A stretch of DNA of 42,810 nucleotides from a virus (lineage: Duplodnaviria; Caudoviricetes): positions 1 to 42,810 of IMG/VR virus record IMGVR_UViG_3300048574_000161; one strand, 5' to 3'. A model generated the notes under the pieces. That model was not told where the DNA came from. It made no database searches and saw nothing but the letters and a program-made list of their open reading frames with translations. The stretch's first letter is position 1. Every line of letters starts with the position of its first letter. Positions 8,319-16,982 of this stretch are shown in pieces. The position numbers and the translations under genes were made by a program.

Positions 8319-8618
8319 ATGGACGAATTGCTGGCGCTGATTGCGCGCATCGAAGCGCAAAAGCCATTGATGGATGTAGTCATCTTGCCGCGCCGCACCT
8401 ATGACGCAATGGCCGAGGTGATTAGCAGTCTTGATCCTGCCTTGCTGACTGCCGCCATTGCTGCGTTTGCCGTTCTGATCCACCAGGGGCAAGGCGGGCC
8501 GGAAGATGCAGAGCGGGAACACGACTGCTATCAACTCTTGGGCAAGTTGCGCGCCCTGCAAGAGATTGACAAGGGGGAGAAATGGAACGGGATTTACCGA
8601 CGGACAAAAACTACTTGA
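8319..8618 (+). CDS. Hypothetical protein
   Basis: ORF with purine-rich RBS in operon order. Confidence 0.55.
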   Translation: MDELLALIARIEAQKPLMDVVILPRRTYDAMAEVISSLDPALLTAAIAAFAVLIHQGQGGPEDAEREHDCYQLLGKLRALQEIDKGEKWNGIYRRTKTT

Positions 8619-8917
8619 TCACCGAAACCGACTTTCTAGGCCGGCTCCATGTCAGGGTGCATATGATCGGCAGCCAAAAAGCCGCCGCCGCCGCTTGGGG
8701 CATGTCTGAGTCCTACCTCAGCGACGTGCTGACGAATCGCCGCGCACCAGGGCCGGCCATATGCGAATCGATGGGCTACGAGCGCGTAGTGATGTATCGG
8801 GAAATTTGCCACCACGAGTGGACGGGCCAGCAGCGCGGAGGCGATCCGGTGGATGCAGGCTCTACGGAGTGGGTTGAATACTGCAAGCTGTGCGGCATGA
8901 AAAATGGGGAGGGCTAG
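8582..8917 (+). CDS. XRE/Cro-like HTH protein with Cys/His-containing C-terminus
   Basis: GSQKAAAAAWGMSESYLSDVLTNRRAPG; CHH...CKLC. Confidence 0.7.
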   Translation: MERDLPTDKNYLITETDFLGRLHVRVHMIGSQKAAAAAWGMSESYLSDVLTNRRAPGPAICESMGYERVVMYREICHHEWTGQQRGGDPVDAGSTEWVEYCKLCGMKNGEG

Positions 8918-9033
8918 GGGATGACGGAGGCAACCAGGCCGGCCAGGAAGCGCCGGCGCGAGTACGCAACCTGGAAGCATTGGGCGGTGGACAAACTTTA
9001 TACCGTGTACATGTGGGGAAAGAAGGTGCATCG

Positions 9034-10707
9034 ATGGCTGACCAGGTGAACGGCAACGGCGCGGCGCAGGCAGCCGACGCAGCCGCCGCCGCGCTGACTG
9101 AAGCGGACGCCATGATCCTGTACGAACGGCTGGCGGCGCTGGAAATGGCCCTGGAATCGCAGGGCTGGCGCGTGCTGTCGGGCATGGCCGATAACGAGTT
9201 TTCACGCGAGGGGCTGCGCGACATTACGCAGTTTGCGCGCATCATGGCGATCAAGAACCCGCTGATCAAGCGCGGCGTGCAGGTGCAACGGCTCTACGTC
9301 TTCGGGCAGGACTTCAACGTCACGGCGGAAGACGGCGACATTGATGACCTGCTGACCGACTTTTGGGACGATTCCGGCAACCAGGCCGAACTGACCTCGC
9401 ACCAGGCGCTAGGGCAGAAAGAGACGGAGCTACAGACGGACGGCAACCTTTTTTTCGTGTTCTTCCCCAACACGGTCACGGGCCGCGTGCGTGTGCGGTC
9501 GATCCCGTTCGAGGAAGTGGCGGACCGCGTGAGCAACCCCGACGACGCGCGCGAGCCGTGGTATTACCTGCGGGTCTGGACGCAGACGTGGATCGACGCC
9601 GATGGGGTGACGCAAACGCGCCAAGCGCGGGCCTATTACCCTGACTGGCGTTACAACCCGACCGCCAAGCCCCAGAGTCTGGGCGGCGTGACGATCCTCT
9701 GGGATGCGCCGGTCTTCCATGTGCGCGTGGGCGGCTACAGCAATTGGAAGTTTGGGCTGTCGGAGGTTTACGACGCGATCGATTGGGCGCGGGCCTATAA
9801 GGAATTTTTGGAGGACTGGTCTTCCATCGTGCGCGCCTACCGCAAATTCGCCTTTCAACTGACCACGCCCGGCACAAAGGGCGCATTGGACGCGGCCAAA
9901 GCCAAGCTCGGCGGGGTCTTGGGCGCGGCGGCGGCTGCCGACATGCCGCCGGGCGTCGGCTCCACCTTCATTGGCGGGCCGAACGCCAAGATCGAGCCGG
10001 TGCGCACCAGCGGCGCGACCGTGGGCGCGGAGGATGCGCGGCGGCTGCTCTTGATGGTGGCCGCCAGCTTTGGCCTGCCGGAGACCTACTTCGGGGATGC
10101 GTCCGTGGGCACATTGGCGACGGCGCAAAGTCTGGACAGGCCCACAGAATTGAAGATGCTCGACCGGCAAACGCTATGGGCGGACGTGCTCCGGGCGATC
10201 CATGATTACGTGCTGCTGTGGGCCGTCAAGGCTCCACGCGGGCCGCTGCGAGGCTTGGGGCGGGTGGCGACCGCGGTGGAGGATGGCCTGATCCGCGAGG
10301 CCGTAGCCTGGAACAACGGCGTAGACAGCCATGTCGCCGTGACGTTCCCGCCCATCGTCTCGGATGACCTAACGGTCAAGGTCGGGGCGATTATCGACGC
10401 GGCCACACTGAGAGGCCAGGCGCTGGCTGGCACGGTCGAACTGCCGCAGCTCGCGGCGATGCTGTTCGCGGCGTTGGGGGTCAAGGACAGTGACGAACTA
10501 TTGGCCCAAATGTTCCCCGATGGGCGCGTGCCGGAAGCGGAACCCGCGGCCCTGCCCGCGACCCCAGCACCGGAAGCGGAGCCGGCCCAGGCGGTGGCCG
10601 CCGCGGAGGAAGGCGGGCCGGGGATGGCCGAGGCGATCATGGTGGCCGCCGTGCAAGAACTGCGCGGGGCGCTGGTCAAGCTGAGCGAAGGGGAAGGAGA
10701 GGCATGA
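9034..10707 (+). CDS. Portal protein
   Basis: Size (~557 aa) and position after TerL; KNPLIKRGV, DGNLFF, FGLPETYFGDAS; start re-called at ATG 9034. Confidence 0.85.
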   Translation: MADQVNGNGAAQAADAAAAALTEADAMILYERLAALEMALESQGWRVLSGMADNEFSREGLRDITQFARIMAIKNPLIKRGVQVQRLYVFGQDFNVTAEDGDIDDLLTDFWDDSGNQAELTSHQALGQKETELQTDGNLFFVFFPNTVTGRVRVRSIPFEEVADRVSNPDDAREPWYYLRVWTQTWIDADGVTQTRQARAYYPDWRYNPTAKPQSLGGVTILWDAPVFHVRVGGYSNWKFGLSEVYDAIDWARAYKEFLEDWSSIVRAYRKFAFQLTTPGTKGALDAAKAKLGGVLGAAAAADMPPGVGSTFIGGPNAKIEPVRTSGATVGAEDARRLLLMVAASFGLPETYFGDASVGTLATAQSLDRPTELKMLDRQTLWADVLRAIHDYVLLWAVKAPRGPLRGLGRVATAVEDGLIREAVAWNNGVDSHVAVTFPPIVSDDLTVKVGAIIDAATLRGQALAGTVELPQLAAMLFAALGVKDSDELLAQMFPDGRVPEAEPAALPATPAPEAEPAQAVAAAEEGGPGMAEAIMVAAVQELRGALVKLSEGEGEA

Positions 10708-11069
10708 GCGAGGTTGAGCGGTTGGAGGCGTGCGAGATGTGCGGCGCGCCGGCTACTGAGCGGGTGTTCTCGCTGCTTTTGCACTTTGGCGGCAAGCGGG
10801 AAACCGAGACGCACTTCTATTGTCGGAAGCATGTGCCGCCAGAGGCGATCCCGTATGACGAGCATCGTCATTGGCCCATCTACCCGCCGCCGCCCTATGA
10901 GCAGCGCGCCTACCCGCCGCAGACCTACGATCAGCGGGTGGCGGCGCAGCTTGAGGAGATGCAGGCGGCGATCAACCGGCTGGCTGGGGAAGTGGCGGCG
11001 CTGCGGGCGGTGCGCTCAGGCGACGAACCGCTGGTCGCCAGCACGGAGGGCGAATCCCGTGCCGAGTAA
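10704..11069 (+). CDS. Hypothetical Zn-finger/coiled-coil protein
   Basis: CEMCG...FYCRKH; ATGA overlap with portal. Confidence 0.55.
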   Translation: MSEVERLEACEMCGAPATERVFSLLLHFGGKRETETHFYCRKHVPPEAIPYDEHRHWPIYPPPPYEQRAYPPQTYDQRVAAQLEEMQAAINRLAGEVAALRAVRSGDEPLVASTEGESRAE

Positions 11070-12240
11070 GGCCGCCAAACAGCGCAAGATCACCAAGGCA
11101 TCGGCGGCGCGCTATCAGGTGCGCGCGGCCCTGAGCCGGGGCGATATGGTCAAGCCCAAACGCTGCCAGGTGTGCGACGCGGGCGGCGGCGGCCTGATCG
11201 CCCATCATTACGCCGGCTACGCCAAGCCGCTCAAGGTCTGGTGGATTTGCGAAAGCTGCAACCGCCACTTGCAGGGCAAGCACGCCGGGCAGTTGACGCT
11301 GGCGCAGGCGCGCAAATTCGTGCGCGACCGGCGGGAAACCAAAGAGGCGGCGGCCCCATTGCAGGCCGCTGACCTTCCGCTCCTGATCGCCGCCCTTGAC
11401 CGCTTCCTGGAGGCGCGTCAGGCTGCGGTCAAATGGCGGGCGCTGGCGGCCCCACACAAGCGCGTGCACAAAGCGGTGCGGCGCGTCTTCCTGCTGCAAG
11501 GCGAGCAACTGCTCGAAGCCGCCAACGCCCGTGCGCAGGAAGCCGCCCGCGCCCTGCCCGTCGGCGTCGGCTTGCTGGGGCCGCTGCGCGAGGCGTCCCT
11601 CTCCCAAGCGGGCTGGCTGGCGGAATGGGACACGGTGGCCGCCGATACCGCTGATTTGCTGGTAGAGCCAGTGCAGTTGGCAGCCGAGGCCGGCATGGCG
11701 GCGGGCGCGGCGGAACTGGCGCGGCAGTTGGAGATCGACACGGGGTTCGACCTGACCAACCCGCGGGCGGTCGAGTACCTCGCCGAACACGGCGCCGAAT
11801 ACGTCACCGGCATCAACGAGACGACGCGCGAGCGCATACGGACGATTATCAAAGAGGGCGCGGCGGAAGGGGCCAGCTACACCGAGATCGCCAACCGGAT
11901 CGGAGAAATATTCCGCGAGTTTGCGGGGCCGGCGAACGTGGTGAGCGTATTGCTGGATAACGTGCAGCGCAGCCGGGCCGAACTGGTGGCGATCACCGAA
12001 CTGGGCAACGCATATGAGCGGGGGACGCGCATCCTGATTGATGACCTGGTGGCCGGCGGGCTGGAAATGGAAAAGCAGTGGTGGACAGTGCACGACGAAC
12101 GGGTGAGCGACGGCTGCCAGACGAACCAGGACGCGGGGTGGATTCCGGTGTCTGACGCGTTCCCTAGTGGGCATCAGCAGCCGCTGCGCTTCCCAGGGTG
12201 TCGGTGTACGTGTTTGTACCGGAGACGGCCAAGGGGGTGA
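11059..12240 (+). CDS. Minor head protein (Mu gpF/SPP1 gp7-like) with N-terminal HNH-like Zn domain
   Basis: RAELVAITE...KQWWTVHDERVSDGC...PLRFPGCRC; N-term CQVC..AHHYAGYAKPLKVWWICESC; GTG 11059 with GGAGG. Confidence 0.85.
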   Translation: MPSKAAKQRKITKASAARYQVRAALSRGDMVKPKRCQVCDAGGGGLIAHHYAGYAKPLKVWWICESCNRHLQGKHAGQLTLAQARKFVRDRRETKEAAAPLQAADLPLLIAALDRFLEARQAAVKWRALAAPHKRVHKAVRRVFLLQGEQLLEAANARAQEAARALPVGVGLLGPLREASLSQAGWLAEWDTVAADTADLLVEPVQLAAEAGMAAGAAELARQLEIDTGFDLTNPRAVEYLAEHGAEYVTGINETTRERIRTIIKEGAAEGASYTEIANRIGEIFREFAGPANVVSVLLDNVQRSRAELVAITELGNAYERGTRILIDDLVAGGLEMEKQWWTVHDERVSDGCQTNQDAGWIPVSDAFPSGHQQPLRFPGCRCTCLYRRRPRG

Positions 12241-12770
12241 TTGTGGCAACCGTGATCGGAGAGGTGGATGTCGATTTGACGGAGGGGATCAGCCGCAGGC
12301 CGCTGTACATCCGCCTGCGCTATAAGCACGTCCGGCGGGTGCGGCTGGCGTTGTGGCTGCTGACTGTGGCGTGCCACACGGCGCGCTGGTTGGGGGTGGC
12401 CGTGTATGTGACCACCAACGAGTGGGTGAGAATGGAGCGGAAAGGGGAAGGGATGGATAACGGCCTGTCATGGGAAGCCCTGCGCTACATGCGGGGTTGG
12501 ACGGAGAGGGGTGCTAATGTGTTGGACGCGCCTATCGACCGCGAGCCGGACGCCGCGCTGGTGTCGCCGGCTACCCTAACGTGGCTTGGCGGAGAGTGGG
12601 CGGCGGGGCGCTGTCTGCACATCCAGGCCATGCCGCTGATGATCTATTTCGGTCTGGAAGATGGCGTCCTGGTTCCGGCCTACTGGCTGAATGACCACTG
12701 GGAGGGCCTTGTCACGATCAAGCTGGCCGACTATGCGCCTGCCGGACAGGAGCCGGAACAGCCAGCATGA
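12237..12770 (+). CDS. Hypothetical protein
   Basis: GTGA overlap with previous stop; an internal start (MDNGLSW) is also possible. Confidence 0.5.
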   Translation: MIVATVIGEVDVDLTEGISRRPLYIRLRYKHVRRVRLALWLLTVACHTARWLGVAVYVTTNEWVRMERKGEGMDNGLSWEALRYMRGWTERGANVLDAPIDREPDAALVSPATLTWLGGEWAAGRCLHIQAMPLMIYFGLEDGVLVPAYWLNDHWEGLVTIKLADYAPAGQEPEQPA

Positions 12771-12979
12771 CCGACCGCCTGACCCCGCCCGTCAAGCCGC
12801 CCGCCGTCACCCTTGCCAGCCGGGGGAAGACCTGGGCGCGGCTGCTGGCCGATGGGCGCTACCTGGAAGTGGCGCGGCGCGGGGAGGTGGTGACGTTTGA
12901 CCTGTGGGCAAGTGCGCGGCTGGGGCGGGCGGTGGTGGTGAGCGTTGGGGATGGGGCGGCCAATGAAGGCGAAAGTTAG
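12767..12979 (+). CDS. Hypothetical protein
   Basis: ATGA overlap with previous gene. Confidence 0.55.
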   Translation: MTDRLTPPVKPPAVTLASRGKTWARLLADGRYLEVARRGEVVTFDLWASARLGRAVVVSVGDGAANEGES

Positions 12980-12992
12980 CCGCAACTTACTA

Positions 12993-13021
12993 TTGATTTA
13001 GCCGCACGCCTGTGCTATGCT
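12993..13021 (+). promoter_or_regulatory. Promoter for the tRNA/non-coding island
   Basis: TTGATT-17bp-TATGCT with TGn extension. Confidence 0.6.
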
Positions 13022-13121
13022 GTTCTCGACACTCCTTCGGGGATGGACGGCAGGGTTTGGGGCGGCCCCTTATGGGGCCGCTCCGGGGAATGATACAAGG
13101 CCATAGGGCCTAAGTATATAG

Positions 13122-13151
13122 CGGGTGAGGGGCTGCGCAGCCCCTCACCCG
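13122..13151. repeat. Perfect 30-bp palindrome just 5' of the tRNA
   Basis: CGGGTGAGGGGCTGC|GCAGCCCCTCACCCG. Confidence 0.8.
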
Positions 13152-13155
13152 ACGT

Positions 13156-13230
13156 AGCGGGGTAGAGCAGCGGTAGCTCGCCAGGCCCATAACCTGGATG
13201 TCACTGGTTCGAGTCCAGTTCCCGCTACCA
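13156..13230 (+). tRNA. tRNA-Met(CAT), initiator (fMet)-like
   Basis: Cloverleaf AGCGGGG/TCCCGCT, GAGC/GCTC, CCAGG-CC CAT AA-CCTGG, ACTGG-TTCGAGT-CCAGT, encoded ACCA. Confidence 0.92.
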
Positions 13231-13342
13231 TTCTTTTTTTTGACAGCAGGCGACACCTTAGCCTAGCCCGACCGGGGAACCATTAGGACGGTAGGGGAAG
13301 TGGTGTGACAGCCGGAGAGACGGCATACAACTAGAGCGCCAT

Positions 13343-13393
13343 AGAGCGCCAGATATTCGCAGAGCATCGCGGGTATCTGGCGCTCTTTTTGTT
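13343..13393 (+). terminator. Long hairpin plus U-tract before the head genes
   Basis: AGAGCGCCAGATATTCGC / GCGGGTATCTGGCGCTCT then TTTTGTT. Confidence 0.6.
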
Positions 13394-13404
13394 GCCTTAC
13401 GGGG

Positions 13405-14823
13405 GTGAGCATGGCCGGTCGAGTGTTGAGCAAGAAAAATGAGACGATGCTGCGCCAGGCGCTAGAGGCGTTAGGCGGGGTGTTGGCCGCACTGAATGAG
13501 GACGAAGACGGCGAGACGGAAGGGAAGGGCGGCAAGAACGCCAAGACCAAAGAGGCCGCCCAGCCCGCCGCCGCCGATCTGGACGAAGCCGCCAATGTCG
13601 GCGCGTACCTGGAGGCTGATCTGCACACCTCCATGATCGCCCGCGTCAACGGCATGTATGGCGATGGCCGGCTCAACCGGCCCGAACGCGACGCGGCGAT
13701 TGGAGCCGTGGCTAGCGCGTTCGATGCGTTCCGGGCGGCGATTGTGCGCGACGCGCCCGACCTCTACGCCCGCAGCCCGTGGCAGGATGCGCCCGATCCC
13801 GTGGCCCCGGCGATGCAGGAAGCGCAGGCGCTGGCCGGCGACTTTATCCCGCTGTCGGAGGCCGCGGTCCGCCGTGACGGTACGGCCACGCTCAAGCTGA
13901 TCGCCCCCGGCTGGGGGTCTTCGGGCTACTACCCCGCCGACGTGCTCAAGCGCGACGGCCCCACCGTGTTCGCCAAGGGCACGAAGGGCTATTGGGATCA
14001 CCCGACCGCGACCGAGGAAGCCGACCGCCCGGAAGGGAGTTTGACCCGCCTGGCGTCCGAACTGGTGACGGCGGCGCGCTACCAGGACACCGGCCCCGCC
14101 GGCCCCGGCCTCTATGCCGATGCCAAGATTTTCAAGCCCTACCAGGAGGCGGTCAACGAACTGGCCCCCCACATCGGGGTGAGCATCCGCGCCGCGGGCC
14201 GCACCAAGCAGGGGGAGGCGGAAGGGCGGAAGGGGCCGATTGTCGAACAGTTGGTCGCCGCGCGTTCGGTGGATTGGGTCACAGTCCCCGGCGCGGGCGG
14301 CAAAGTGGTCGAGATGTTTGAGGCGGCGCGGTCGCGACCGGCTGCGCCAGTGACAGAAGTGACGGATGTCAACGAACAAGGGGGACAGATGGCAGTGGAC
14401 AAGGAATTTGAGACCAAGCTCACAGAGCGGCTGGCGGCGCTGGAAACCGAGAACGCCCGGCTGCGCGAGGGAGCGATCCTGCGCGACGCGCGTGAGGCTG
14501 TGCGCGCCCAACTGGCCGCCGTGGCCGTGCCCGATGTGACGCGGGCGCGGCTGCTTGAGCAGCTTTCCGCCAACCCGCCGGTCAAGGAGGGCGCGCTGGA
14601 TCGCGAGACGCTGGCCGGCCGCGTGCTGGATGCGGTCAAGGCCGAACAGGCGTATCTGGCCGAAGCCGCGGGCTATGGGGCCGGGCGCATTACCGGCATG
14701 GGCGGCCAGGCTGCCGAGCCGGTCATGCCAGAAGACCAGGCGGCCCGCTTCCGCGAGGCATTTGGCGCGTTGGGGCTGTCGGATAAGGAAGCGGAGATCG
14801 CAGCTCGCGGGCGCGGCTGGTAG
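13405..14823 (+). CDS. Prohead protease/scaffold protein
   Basis: Position before capsid genes; GWGSSGYYP, YWDHPT, GVSIRA, SVDWVTVPGAGG; helical C-terminal region. Confidence 0.8.
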   Translation: MSMAGRVLSKKNETMLRQALEALGGVLAALNEDEDGETEGKGGKNAKTKEAAQPAAADLDEAANVGAYLEADLHTSMIARVNGMYGDGRLNRPERDAAIGAVASAFDAFRAAIVRDAPDLYARSPWQDAPDPVAPAMQEAQALAGDFIPLSEAAVRRDGTATLKLIAPGWGSSGYYPADVLKRDGPTVFAKGTKGYWDHPTATEEADRPEGSLTRLASELVTAARYQDTGPAGPGLYADAKIFKPYQEAVNELAPHIGVSIRAAGRTKQGEAEGRKGPIVEQLVAARSVDWVTVPGAGGKVVEMFEAARSRPAAPVTEVTDVNEQGGQMAVDKEFETKLTERLAALETENARLREGAILRDAREAVRAQLAAVAVPDVTRARLLEQLSANPPVKEGALDRETLAGRVLDAVKAEQAYLAEAAGYGAGRITGMGGQAAEPVMPEDQAARFREAFGALGLSDKEAEIAARGRGW

Positions 14824-14881
14824 GGCTGCATAGGGACTGGCGTAGGGACTGACCAGGGAAACAGGTACAGGAGATCAGCAG

Positions 14882-15226
14882 ATGGCTAAGAACATGAAAT
14901 TTACGCCGGGCAACCAATTGCAGGTGGCTTTGGCGAGCGTGACCAGCGGCGATCCGGTTGTGGTCGGGCAGCTTCCCGCCGTGGCGTTGACCAGCACGGA
15001 CACGGCAGGCAACGTCACGGTCAAGACTGACGGCGTGTTTGCGCTGTCGGTCAAGGGCGTAGACGGCAGCGGCAACAAAGCGGTGGCTATCGGGGACATC
15101 ATCTACCACGTAGATGCCGACACGCCCAAGCTGAGCGTCAAAAGCGCGGGCGTGCGCTTTGGCTATGCGCTGGAAGCGGTCACGAGCGGCGCGACGAAGA
15201 CGATCAAGGTCAAGCTCGGCTACTAG
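14882..15226 (+). CDS. Capsid cement/decoration protein (DUF2190-like)
   Basis: VTSGDPVVVGQLPAVAL...GVFAL...FGYALEA; between protease and capsid. Confidence 0.8.
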   Translation: MAKNMKFTPGNQLQVALASVTSGDPVVVGQLPAVALTSTDTAGNVTVKTDGVFALSVKGVDGSGNKAVAIGDIIYHVDADTPKLSVKSAGVRFGYALEAVTSGATKTIKVKLGY

Positions 15227-15299
15227 GCCGGCGGCTGACCAGGGGCTACACAGACACCGGCGGCGTGAGGCCGAACCGGCTTACAGGAGACATAAGACG

Positions 15300-16493
15300 A
15301 TGGCACAAGAATTGTATGGCGCTTTGCAGGTTGGCGAACTGACCGGCTATGAGCGCCGCCGGTCGCAGGCCCGCGAGGCGGCGGTGCTGTCCGCCGTCCA
15401 GTTGATTGCCGACGTGCGCCAGGGACGCGTGCCCTGGTATCTGCTCATGGAGGCGCTGAACCCGCAGACGCCCGCCGTGGTGCGCGCGATTGCCGGCAAC
15501 TATCCGGGGATTATCCGCCTGAGCGAAACCATGACCACCAGCGACTTTCCGCTGTTGATGGGGGACACACTGGAGCGCATGATGCTGGCGCGCTGGAACG
15601 CGTTCCCGCAGGCGTGGCGGCAGTTTGTGGGGGTCACGACCCGCCGCGACTTCCGCACGGGCAAGGCGATCTACGTGGACGGCCTGGAAGGGCCTTTCAC
15701 GGAACAGGGCGAGGAGGAAGAACTCGAATATGGTGCGCTGTCGGAAGGCTCCTACAGCTACGCCATTAAGAAGTATTCCAAGGGCGCCAAAGTGTCCTGG
15801 GAGTTGCTGGTCGGTGACGACCTGCGCGCCTTTGACACGATCCCCGACCGCCTGGGCCGCGGCGGCGCGCGCACAGTCGGGCGCTATGTGACCGACCTCT
15901 ACGTCGGTGCGTCGGGGCCGGATGGCACTTTCTTCGCCGCCGGCAACAGCAACATCGTCACCAGCAATCCGGCGCTGTCCATTTCGGCGCTGGCGACGGC
16001 GTTCGGCATGTTGCGCAGCGCGGTGGACGCCGACGGCGAGCCGATCATGGTGGAATCGGCGGTCTTGGTTGTGCCGCCGGCGTTGGAAGTGACGGCCCGC
16101 AATATCCTCAATTCGACGCTGATCGAACTGACCACCGCGGGCGCGGTGAGCGGGCAGGCAATGACAGTCGCCAACTGGCTGCCGGGGTCGCTGACGCTGG
16201 TGGTCGATCCCTATATCCCGCTGATCGCCACATCCGCCAACGGTTCCACGTCCTGGTTCCTGTTCGCCAACCCGAACGTGGCGCGCCCGGCCATTGAAGT
16301 GGCGTTCCTGCAAGGCTTCGAGCAGCCGGTGCTGTATCAGAAGATCGCCAACACGGCGCGCATGGGCGGCGGGATCGACCAGGCCGCCGGCGACTTCAAC
16401 ACGATGGCCCAGGAATGGAAGGCGGTCATGGCGTTCGGTGGTTCGATGCTCAGCCCCAAGAGCGCGGTGGCCTCCAACGGCTCCGGCTCCTAA
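15300..16493 (+). CDS. Major capsid protein (Mu gpT-like)
   Basis: TTSDFPLL, LVVPPALE, SWFLFANP...IEVAFLQG; AGGAG RBS before ATG 15300. Confidence 0.9.
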   Translation: MAQELYGALQVGELTGYERRRSQAREAAVLSAVQLIADVRQGRVPWYLLMEALNPQTPAVVRAIAGNYPGIIRLSETMTTSDFPLLMGDTLERMMLARWNAFPQAWRQFVGVTTRRDFRTGKAIYVDGLEGPFTEQGEEEELEYGALSEGSYSYAIKKYSKGAKVSWELLVGDDLRAFDTIPDRLGRGGARTVGRYVTDLYVGASGPDGTFFAAGNSNIVTSNPALSISALATAFGMLRSAVDADGEPIMVESAVLVVPPALEVTARNILNSTLIELTTAGAVSGQAMTVANWLPGSLTLVVDPYIPLIATSANGSTSWFLFANPNVARPAIEVAFLQGFEQPVLYQKIANTARMGGGIDQAAGDFNTMAQEWKAVMAFGGSMLSPKSAVASNGSGS

Positions 16494-16602
16494 ACGGGGC
16501 GAGGCGCAAAAGCGCAATTATTGCGTTTTTGCACTCCTAGACGAACTGAGGCGGCGCGCCGGCAGAGAGCGGCGCGCCGGATGAATCAGGAGGGATGAAC
16601 CC

Positions 16603-16971
16603 ATGACCGACCGCACACCGCTGCCCACGCCGGCCACGGCTATCGACATGTACCTCAACGATATTGCCCTCAGCCTGCGCATTGTGGCCGACCTGGTGAC
16701 GGCCAGCCAGGAACCGGAGCCGGCCCCGCCCTCAGACACTGCCGCCGCCGTGACCGAATTGCGCGAACCGGAGCCGCCCGCGACTGCACCAGCCCGGCGC
16801 AAGACCGTCACGCGTGACGACCTGCAAGCGCAGGAGGCCGCCGCCATGCTGGATGTGCCGCTGGGTGACGACGAAGGCGACGCGGCCGCGCACGCCATTG
16901 ACCCGCGCGATCTGGAACTGCCGCCGGTCAACCTCCAGGCAGACGACAAGCCGCGCCGCCGCGCGAAGTAG
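16603..16971 (+). CDS. Hypothetical virion-module protein
   Basis: Strong RBS; follows capsid gene. Confidence 0.6.
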   Translation: MTDRTPLPTPATAIDMYLNDIALSLRIVADLVTASQEPEPAPPSDTAAAVTELREPEPPATAPARRKTVTRDDLQAQEAAAMLDVPLGDDEGDAAAHAIDPRDLELPPVNLQADDKPRRRAK

Positions 16972-16982
16972 GAGCCAGCGCC

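Noticed and set aside
7048-8367. 439-aa minus ORF, and similar long antisense ORFs over MuF, protease, capsid, LamG and Tal genes
   Set aside because: They lie opposite well-supported genes and have Arg/Gly/Ala-rich shadow composition
13231-13326. Theta/HDV-like or hammerhead ribozyme after the tRNA
   Set aside because: A T-tract follows CCA directly and I could not find the conserved cores; kept only as an unassigned structure
14849-15290. Shared CTGACCAGGG and TACAGGAGA upstream of the decoration and capsid genes
   Set aside because: Short, partly explained by the RBS, and with different spacing; insufficient evidence
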